Source: Chitinophagaceae bacterium
Lineage (GTDB): Bacteria; Bacteroidota; Bacteroidia; Chitinophagales; Chitinophagaceae
Length of the DNA stretch: 64,000 nucleotides
Assembly (NCBI GenBank): GCA_016786885.1
Contig: JAEUVO010000052.1
Coordinates: 12,930 to 76,929, forward strand
Reading direction: 5' to 3'
In this document: positions 38,802-45,938 of the stretch, one piece after another
Layout: each line of letters opens with the position of its first letter
How positions within the stretch are numbered: the stretch's first letter is position 1
The notes under the pieces: model-generated
Seen by the model: the letters and a program-made list of their open reading frames with translations, nothing else
Told to the model about the DNA's origin: nothing
Databases searched by the model: none
Translations under genes and position numbers: made by a program

Positions 38802-39578
38802 TTAATTCATCAAGGTTTCATCAGAAGCAATATTGGTATCAGTATCATCTAATAATTCTGTATCATTTAGCAGGCTCTGTATTTCATTTTCCGGAATATC
38901 TTTTACCAGCTCTTTAATATCCTGGTTTTTTTCTACAGAAGCTATAGTGCCTTGTCCGGATTTCTCTTCCTGTGTTAATTGAATAAACTCATCAATTTTT
39001 TCAGTACTTACTTTTTTGGTATTAACCTTTACCCATTTGTATGAATCCGAATCTACAGATACCTTATCTCCGTACAAGAAAAAATATCCGGTAGTAACAA
39101 TTATACCAGTCACTATGGCTGCAGCTGCAAAACGAATCCATTTACGACTGCCGAGTGATACAACTTTTGTTTTATTGGAAGCTCTTTTTTCACCCAGGTT
39201 TTCAAAATACCCGGCGGGTACTGAATAAGGCATTTCCTTTTTCAGGCCACTGAGTAAAGGTGAAAGAGTTTCTAACTCTTCTTTTGCTGACTGGCTACCG
39301 GTTGAAACAGAAGAGATCAATGATGTTTCTATTTCTTCAAAATACCCGGCAGGTACAGTATAAGGCATGTCTTTAGACAACTTGCTGAGCAAAGGAGATA
39401 AATAGGCTAATTCATCCACTGCATTTTCTGCCTCTAAAGCTCTGATTCTGCGAAGCACCTCCTCAACCAGTCCGTCAAAATATCCTGTCGGAGCAGAATA
39501 AATATTCCCCGGGGTATGTTCAGCCAGTTTGCTTTGCAATTCCCTTAGCTCTTGTAATATGTTGTCTCTCTGTGTCAT
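38802..39578 (-). CDS. Putative membrane-anchored anti-sigma factor
   Basis: Three repeats of (Y)xVPxGYFE/D-LSPLLS-type motif, single TM WIRFAAAAIVTGIIV; follows the ECF gene. Confidence 0.8.
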   Translation of the reverse strand: MTQRDNILQELRELQSKLAEHTPGNIYSAPTGYFDGLVEEVLRRIRALEAENAVDELAYLSPLLSKLSKDMPYTVPAGYFEEIETSLISSVSTGSQSAKEELETLSPLLSGLKKEMPYSVPAGYFENLGEKRASNKTKVVSLGSRKWIRFAAAAIVTGIIVTTGYFFLYGDKVSVDSDSYKWVKVNTKKVSTEKIDEFIQLTQEEKSGQGTIASVEKNQDIKELVKDIPENEIQSLLNDTELLDDTDTNIASDETLMN

Positions 39579-39590
39579 TTTTACGTTAAT

Positions 39591-39617
39591 TCAGACGTTT
39601 TCCGGTCCTCAAAGTTT
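39591..39617 (-). promoter_or_regulatory. sigmaE-type promoter AAACTT-N16-TCTGA for the anti-sigma gene
   Basis: -35 overlaps the ECF stop codon; -10 ends 13 nt before the ATG. Confidence 0.7.
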
Positions 39618-40170
39618 AATGATTCAGCATGTAATCCTCAATTTTTTTAACCGCATGATGATAGCTGGCTTTAAGAGCTCCTTCGCTGGTTTCCAGTACC
39701 CGGCTCATTTCTTCGTAGGGCATTTCCTCATAATACCGTAAGGCGAACACAACTCTTTGTTTTTCAGGAAGTTGTTGAATGGCTAATTGTAATTTCCATT
39801 CTAATTTATTAGCATCGAAATGCTTGTCAGCTTTTATCCGGTTGCTCAGCCCGGTTTCTACGTCACTAAGGCTAACGGAAGCCTTTTTCTTCTGTTGCTC
39901 CAGGTAGGTCAGGCATTCATTAGTGGCTATCCGGTACAGCCAGGTGTACAACTGGCTGTCTTCCCTGAAATTTTCCAACCCATTCCAGACCCGGATCAGA
40001 ACGTTCTGCAGCACATCATTCGCATCTTCATGCTCAACCACCATCCGTCGGATATGCCAGTAAAGTTTTTCCTGGTATTTTTTAATAAGGCTTGTATAGG
40101 CTTTTTCTTTCGTAACAGGGTTGCGAAACTGGACCAGTAATTCGCTATCAGAAGCAGTGGTTAATGACAT
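39616..40170 (-). CDS. ECF sigma-70 factor (RpoE-like)
   Basis: YQEKLYWHIRRMV, DVLQN, LYTWLYRIATNE, LPEKQRVVF, GALKASYHHA. Confidence 0.94.
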   Translation of the reverse strand: MSLTTASDSELLVQFRNPVTKEKAYTSLIKKYQEKLYWHIRRMVVEHEDANDVLQNVLIRVWNGLENFREDSQLYTWLYRIATNECLTYLEQQKKKASVSLSDVETGLSNRIKADKHFDANKLEWKLQLAIQQLPEKQRVVFALRYYEEMPYEEMSRVLETSEGALKASYHHAVKKIEDYMLNH

Positions 40171-40192
40171 TAGTTATCGGGCTTTGGGTGGC

Positions 40193-40219
40193 TTAGAATA
40201 TTGGAGAAGCGGTTTGTTT
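40193..40219 (-). promoter_or_regulatory. Putative autoregulatory ECF promoter AAACAA-N16-TCTAA
   Basis: Same spacer and near-identical boxes to the internal promoter; 23 nt before the ECF ATG. Confidence 0.55.
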
Positions 40220-40242
40220 AAACCACTTCAGTTATTAAAAAT

Positions 40243-40274
40243 AAAAAAGCAGGTTCAATTTTAAAAGAACCTGC
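40243..40274 (-). terminator. Terminator after the transketolase subunit
   Basis: GCAGGTTC...GAACCTGC stem with T run on the minus strand. Confidence 0.7.
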
Positions 40275-40296
40275 CCGAATACTTTAAAACAATCTG

Positions 40297-41262
40297 TTAA
40301 CCATTATTTTTCCTGCTCATCACTTTCACGGCAGCAGCCACTATATCCGGAACATCCAGACCGTATTTTTTCAACAATTGAACCGGGGTACCACTTTCTC
40401 CAAATGTATCTTTTGTACCAATATATTCAATTGGAACCGGGAAGTTTTTTGCTGCTACTTGTGCTATAGCATCACCAAGACCGCCGATGATATTATGTTC
40501 TTCCGCGGTTACTACACATTTTGTTTTACGAATGGATTTTATCACGGCTTCTTCATCCAGAGGTTTAATCGTATGAATATTGATAACCTCTACACTTACC
40601 CCCTTCTCTTCTAACAATGCGCCGGCCTGGATAGCATTCCATACCAGGTGGCCACAGGCAAAAATGGTAACATCTGTTCCTTCGGAGAAATATTGAGCTT
40701 TGCCAATTTCAAAAGGCCTTTCTGAAGTAAAAATTGGCCATGCAGGCCGGCCAAAACGGAGGTAAACCGGACCTTCATATTCTGCAATAGCTTCGGTCGC
40801 AGCCTTTGTTTGTGCATAATCGCAAGGAACAATTACTGTCATGCCGGGCAGCATTTTCATCAACCCTATATCTTCGAGTATCTGGTGAGTGGCACCGTCT
40901 TCGCCCAATGTAAGACCAGCATGCGAAGCACATATTTTTACATTTTTATCACTGTATGCCACAGACTGGCGAATCTGGTCGTATACACGGCCGGTAGAAA
41001 AATTAGCAAAAGTGGTAGTATAGGGGATCTTGCCACCAATCGTCAAACCCGCAGCGATACCTATCATATTTGCTTCAGCAATGCCGCATTGGATAAAACG
41101 TTCCGGGAATTCTTTCATAAACTGGTTCAGCTTAAGGGATCCTGCCAGGTCTGCTGTTAATGCAACAATATTTGAATTTTTTCTTGCTGCTGCTACAATT
41201 CCGTCGCCAAAACCACTACGGGTATCCTTAGTTCCTGTTGATTGAATATCCTTTAATGACAT
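40297..41262 (-). CDS. Transketolase C-terminal (pyrimidine-binding) subunit
   Basis: GIAEANMIG, GEDGATHQ, YLRFGR, TIKPLD, EEHNIIGGLG. Confidence 0.93.
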   Translation of the reverse strand: MSLKDIQSTGTKDTRSGFGDGIVAAARKNSNIVALTADLAGSLKLNQFMKEFPERFIQCGIAEANMIGIAAGLTIGGKIPYTTTFANFSTGRVYDQIRQSVAYSDKNVKICASHAGLTLGEDGATHQILEDIGLMKMLPGMTVIVPCDYAQTKAATEAIAEYEGPVYLRFGRPAWPIFTSERPFEIGKAQYFSEGTDVTIFACGHLVWNAIQAGALLEEKGVSVEVINIHTIKPLDEEAVIKSIRKTKCVVTAEEHNIIGGLGDAIAQVAAKNFPVPIEYIGTKDTFGESGTPVQLLKKYGLDVPDIVAAAVKVMSRKNNG

Positions 41263-41318
41263 TATTAAAATTTAAGTGTCGCAAAAGTAAGGGTTAGGGG
41301 TGAATGCTGTATCTCAAA

Positions 41319-42374
41319 TCAATTCAATTCACCTGCCTGGCTGGAGAATACAGTTTCATCAGCTTTCAGTCGTTGTTCCCATTTCCAGGCAGTTGACATC
41401 ATATCTTCCAGCGAGAACTTAGGCTCCCATCCAAGCACTTTCCTGGCCAGATCATTATTGGCATAAATTGCAATAACATCACCCGGCCTTCTTGCTCCAA
41501 TTTCATAATTTAAACTGAGGCCACTTACTTTTTCGAATGCATGTATTGCTTCCAGTACTGTTACGCCATTTCCGGTACCCAGGTTGAACACTTCACATAA
41601 ACCTTTATTCCTTCCTTCTTCCAGGTATTTCAGCGATAAAGTATGGGCATTGGCAAGATCACAAACATGGATAAAATCCCTTACACAGGAACCATCTCTT
41701 GTAGAATAGTCATTACCATAAACATACATTTTCTCTATTCTTCCAACAGCAGTTTGTGTTATTGCCGGGACAAGATTCTGTGGCTTACCAACCGGCATTT
41801 CACCGATAATAGCAGAAGGGTGGGCTCCTGCAGGATTAAAATAACGAAGCAGAATATGATGTGTACCAGAGCTTTTGGCAAATTCATTAATAATCTGCTC
41901 ACTCATCTGTTTGGTATAACCGTAGGGCGATTCTGCCGGTTTTGGCGGAGTACTTTCTGTTACCGGTATCTGATCAGGATTACCATATACTGTACAGGAA
42001 GAAGAAAATACAAAATGAGGTATGTGAAACTCCTGTACACATTTCAGCAGGTTGATGAGAGAGGTAAGATTATTTTCAAAATACAGCAGTGGGTTTTCTA
42101 CGGATTCACCAACTGCCTTGTAAGCAGCAAAGTGAATAATACCGGTGATATCATCATTTTCCTGGAAAATGGCAAACGTATCATCAAAGTTGCAAAGGTC
42201 AACTTTGTAGTTTTTTACTTTTTTGCCTGTTATCTGCTCAATCCCTTTCAGGATATTGGGGTTTGAACGGGAATTGTTATCGACGGAAATAACATCATAT
42301 CCGTTTTCTATCAGGTCAACAAGTGTATGTGAGCCGATATAACCGCAGCCGCCTGTTACAAGTATTTTAGCCAT
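41319..42374 (-). CDS. galE: UDP-glucose 4-epimerase
   Basis: GGCGYIGSHT, HFAAYKAVGES, FSSSCTVYG, YGYTK, LRYFNP, RDFIHVCDLA. Confidence 0.96.
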   Translation of the reverse strand: MAKILVTGGCGYIGSHTLVDLIENGYDVISVDNNSRSNPNILKGIEQITGKKVKNYKVDLCNFDDTFAIFQENDDITGIIHFAAYKAVGESVENPLLYFENNLTSLINLLKCVQEFHIPHFVFSSSCTVYGNPDQIPVTESTPPKPAESPYGYTKQMSEQIINEFAKSSGTHHILLRYFNPAGAHPSAIIGEMPVGKPQNLVPAITQTAVGRIEKMYVYGNDYSTRDGSCVRDFIHVCDLANAHTLSLKYLEEGRNKGLCEVFNLGTGNGVTVLEAIHAFEKVSGLSLNYEIGARRPGDVIAIYANNDLARKVLGWEPKFSLEDMMSTAWKWEQRLKADETVFSSQAGELN

Positions 42375-42425
42375 AAAAAATCCCGACAAAAGTCAGGATT
42401 TATTTTAGAAAAATCAGGTATTAAA

Positions 42426-43637
42426 TTAAAATAGCCTGGCAATCTGATACACTCCTGCTGCCAGCAAAGCACTGATAGGAATAGTAAGTACCCATGCCCA
42501 GATTAGGTTGATCGTTACTCCCCATCTGACGGCAGATAATCTCTTTGTAGCACCTACTCCCATAATGGCACCTGTGATGGTGTGGGTGGTACTTACAGGA
42601 ATCTTCAAGGCTTCAGTAATGAAAAGGGTCAATGCGCCGGCAGTTTCTGCAGCTACTCCCTCAAAAGGAGTGACTTTGGTGATCTTGGTGCCCATAGTCT
42701 TTACAATCTTCCAGCCACCACTCATGGTGCCGAGCCCGATTGCAGCATAACATGCAATAGGTACCCAGTCAGGCATTTGTTTGAAATCAGTAATTGTACC
42801 GCCAGCTATTAACGCAGCTGTAATGATTCCCATTACTTTTTGCGCATCATTACCACCGTGCCCAATACTGAATGCGGCTGATGAGATCAATTGTAACCTT
42901 TTAAACCACTGATTTGCTTTATGTGCATTCAGATTGCTCAGGTAAAGAGAAAAAGAAGCCATTACGAGCAAAATGAAGGATAACAGGATCCATTTGAAAT
43001 TTTTCGAATAAAAAATGACCTGGCTGATATAATTTTCATAATGTGTTTTTTTCGCCAGCACCTCTTTATTAAACTCAAGACTAATAGCGAGAAAAATGAT
43101 AACGAAAATTATCACACAAACGGAAAATATTTTTGATGTCCAGCCTTTTTTAAAGGAGCTTAAGAACCATAAAGACATAATGAAGGCCATCACCATACCA
43201 ATGAGGGGCGCCAGGAAAATAAAACTGGCGGTTCTGATAATGATAGATGAATTAACTGCCTCAAATCCTCCTGCTGCAATAGCTGCGCCGGCAAAACCGC
43301 CGATCAGTGTGTGTGAAGATGAAGAAGGAATGCCCAGCCACCATGTCAACAGGTTCCAGGCTATGGCTGCTATTAGGCCGGAAAAAATAACGACCATCAT
43401 ATTACCTTCCAGTATATGATCAGGCTTTACTGTTTTAGCAACAGTATCAGCAACGCCATGGTCTTTGAAGATAAAGAAGGCTATAGAATTAAATACTGCA
43501 GCCCACAAAACTGCCTGGAAAGGAGTAAGTACTTTGGTAGACACTACAGTGGCAATAGAATTGGCCGCATCGTGAAAGCCGTTGATATAATCAAATATCA
43601 GTGCTAGAGCTATGATGGTTATGAGAAAAGGTGTCAT
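42426..43637 (-). CDS. Inorganic phosphate transporter, PiT family
   Basis: NGFHDAANS, PSSSSHTLIG, HGGNDAQK, PVSTTH. Confidence 0.96.
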   Translation of the reverse strand: MTPFLITIIALALIFDYINGFHDAANSIATVVSTKVLTPFQAVLWAAVFNSIAFFIFKDHGVADTVAKTVKPDHILEGNMMVVIFSGLIAAIAWNLLTWWLGIPSSSSHTLIGGFAGAAIAAGGFEAVNSSIIIRTASFIFLAPLIGMVMAFIMSLWFLSSFKKGWTSKIFSVCVIIFVIIFLAISLEFNKEVLAKKTHYENYISQVIFYSKNFKWILLSFILLVMASFSLYLSNLNAHKANQWFKRLQLISSAAFSIGHGGNDAQKVMGIITAALIAGGTITDFKQMPDWVPIACYAAIGLGTMSGGWKIVKTMGTKITKVTPFEGVAAETAGALTLFITEALKIPVSTTHTITGAIMGVGATKRLSAVRWGVTINLIWAWVLTIPISALLAAGVYQIARLF

Positions 43638-43672
43638 AAATATTAGTCAGATGATGGAGTAATAGCTGGTGC

Positions 43673-44323
43673 TTATGCGTATTTGATGATTATTGACTCT
43701 ATCACATTACTGGCGTCTTCACATTTATCAGTAACAATCTCCATTACCTGGTATATTTCTCTTTTTTTGATTACTTCTTTGGCATCTGGCTCCGTAGCGA
43801 ACAGTCTTTCAATACTCATATCAAAAATATCGTCTGCCTGGTTTTCAATGCTGTTTATTTTCACCAAAGCCTCGGTGATATTGCGCATATTTTTCATATC
43901 CCGCAGTTCAGTTACCGCAATTTTTACCTGCTGGCAGCTTTGTTCAATTAACTCAGAAAATTTCTGCATTCCCATATCATTAGGATTTACCCGGTAGAAA
44001 TTGATCTTTTTGGCAGAAGCATAGATATAGTCAGCAATATCATCCAGCGAAGTGGCCAGGTAGTGAATGTCTTCCCTGTCAAACGGGGTAATGAAATTAC
44101 GGCCGAGTTCAGTGAACAGGTTGTGGGTCAGTTCATCATTGGCATGTTCCAGATCTTCGATCTGTATGATCAGGGCAGCTCTTTTATCAAAATCAGGTTC
44201 CGCTACCACATCTTTGAGCTGGGAGCCCATTTTGGATACGTTGTCAGCTACTTTTTCGAATAATTCATAAAATACCTTGTTCTTCGGCATGAAGATCTTC
44301 AGAAAAGAATTGAGTCCGGCCAT
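43673..44323 (-). CDS. DUF47 (PhoU-like) phosphate-transport regulator
   Basis: LEHANDE, FITPFDREDI, ENQADDIF, DKCEDA; directly upstream of PiT. Confidence 0.94.
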   Translation of the reverse strand: MAGLNSFLKIFMPKNKVFYELFEKVADNVSKMGSQLKDVVAEPDFDKRAALIIQIEDLEHANDELTHNLFTELGRNFITPFDREDIHYLATSLDDIADYIYASAKKINFYRVNPNDMGMQKFSELIEQSCQQVKIAVTELRDMKNMRNITEALVKINSIENQADDIFDMSIERLFATEPDAKEVIKKREIYQVMEIVTDKCEDASNVIESIIIKYA

Positions 44324-44420
44324 AGTGTTTATTTTAGTTTCGGTTCCGGTTATATGCCGGATGACGATGGTTTGCGAAAATACCGGGTAGTTAAGAGGGG
44401 GTAGCGGGGGTCGGAAGAAT

Positions 44421-44470
44421 TAATAATAACTTAATATATAAATAAAATTAGGGTAACAATTCAATAACAA
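44421..44470 (+). promoter_or_regulatory. 11-bp-periodic TAA(C)A array (Pho-box-like) upstream of the porin
   Basis: TAATAA 44421, TAATAT 44432, TAAAAT 44443, TAACAA 44454, TAACAA 44465. Confidence 0.6.
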
Positions 44471-44504
44471 AGACTTTATATTGCAGCAATTTTAAGCATA
44501 TATC

Positions 44505-45836
44505 ATGTTTTCGGCAAAACAACTGCTGTTAAAGTACCTGTTATCTTCGCTTTTCGCCTTTTTCTTTTTTCTGAGCAGTTATTCTCAGCGATACCTTTCT
44601 GATATTGATTCTTCTTTCTTTATCAAGGATACTGTCAGGCCGGTCATAAAGCGATTCGAAAATCTGCGTATTACCGGGTATATCCAGCCGCAGTTTCAAA
44701 GGGCCCAATCAGACGGCGCTCCCTCATATACAGGGGGTAATTTTTCAGCATTCTCCAGCAGCCGGTTTATGCTTCGCCGGGCAAGGGTGAAGATCGACTA
44801 TGTGATGCCTTCAAAATTAAAATATCCCCGGGCACTTTTCTCCTTTCAGATAGATGCTACTGAAAGAGGGGTAATTGTGCGGGATATGTTTTTAAAGCTA
44901 TTTGAAACTAAGCGAAATCTTTTTTCTTTAACAGCCGGGTTGTTTGCCCGCCCGTTTGGATATGAAGTCAACCTTTCATCTGCATTCAGGGAAACACCGG
45001 AAAGAGGCAGAATGTCTCAGATATTAATGCCCTCTGAAAGAGATATCGGGGTAATGGTATCACATGAACCACAGGAAACGAAGCGACAGCGATCTCGATT
45101 TAAATTTGATCTTGGATTTTTTAACGGGCAAGGATTATCCGGTACGACAGATTTTGATAGTCATAAAGATCTTATTTCAAGAATGTTTGTACGGCCCTTT
45201 ACCAATCAAAAGATCGAGTTGTCAGGAGGGTTGTCTTACCTGAGGGGTGGATGGAAGAATGGAACCAGGTACGTATACGAAAGCGGAATTGCCGCTAATG
45301 GAGATCATATATTTATTATAGACTCCTCTGCGTCAAATCTTGGAAGATCTTCACCCCGGCATTACTATGGCGCCGATTTTCAATGCAAGTTTCGGCATAA
45401 ATGGGGGGAAAGTGAATGGAGAGCCGAGTATTGGTTTGGAACTCAACCAGGCACGACTGTTTCCACCAGTAATCCGGGAACTCTGCCAACATCAAATGGT
45501 AACCCTGTTCCCACTTATGTCCGGCATTTTGATGGGATATTCTTACTCTTTTTGCAGAATATTATTACTGCCGATCACCAACTGATGATAAAGTATGACT
45601 GGTATGATCCAAACATAAAAGTATCCAAGCTGGAAATTGGCAAACCAGGTACTAACCTTACCATAGCAGATATAAAATTTTCAACTTTAGGTATCGGTTA
45701 TTCTTATCACCTAAACCCCCAGACCAAACTCATCCTGTATTATGATATTGTGAAGAATGAAACCACCCAAATGACTGGCTATTCTGCTGATCTGAAGGAT
45801 AATATTCTGACCTGCCGCCTTCAATTCCGGTTCTAA
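44505..45836 (+). CDS. Porin, phosphate-selective O/P-like
   Basis: FMLRRARVKIDY, FQIDATERG, GLFARPFGYE, RDIG, FNGQG, C-terminal RLQFRF. Confidence 0.8.
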   Translation: MFSAKQLLLKYLLSSLFAFFFFLSSYSQRYLSDIDSSFFIKDTVRPVIKRFENLRITGYIQPQFQRAQSDGAPSYTGGNFSAFSSSRFMLRRARVKIDYVMPSKLKYPRALFSFQIDATERGVIVRDMFLKLFETKRNLFSLTAGLFARPFGYEVNLSSAFRETPERGRMSQILMPSERDIGVMVSHEPQETKRQRSRFKFDLGFFNGQGLSGTTDFDSHKDLISRMFVRPFTNQKIELSGGLSYLRGGWKNGTRYVYESGIAANGDHIFIIDSSASNLGRSSPRHYYGADFQCKFRHKWGESEWRAEYWFGTQPGTTVSTSNPGTLPTSNGNPVPTYVRHFDGIFLLFLQNIITADHQLMIKYDWYDPNIKVSKLEIGKPGTNLTIADIKFSTLGIGYSYHLNPQTKLILYYDIVKNETTQMTGYSADLKDNILTCRLQFRF

Positions 45837-45845
45837 AGCCGCACT

Positions 45846-45922
45846 TAACATTCCGGTAACATTCCCATCATAATTGGTTAACATGGGGGTAACATACCAG
45901 TAATGTAGCGGACACAACTTTG
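45846..45922 (+). promoter_or_regulatory. Six-unit 11-bp-periodic TAACAT array (Pho-box-like) plus -7 element CAACTTTG
   Basis: TAACAT at 45846, 45857, 45879, 45890; TCATAA 45868; TAATGT 45901; CAACTTTG 45915-45922. Confidence 0.8.
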
Positions 45923-45938
45923 CCGCAAATAACCATGT

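Noticed and set aside
40297-41262. Transketolase missing its N-terminal half as a possible pseudogene
   Set aside because: Split transketolase subunits encoded separately are normal; the ORF is intact with its own TACTTTTG -7 element and terminator.
45846-45906. Repeat arrays as CRISPR, iterons or a replication origin
   Set aside because: Units are 5-6 bp with 11-bp phase and sit at promoters; no spacers, cas or rep genes.
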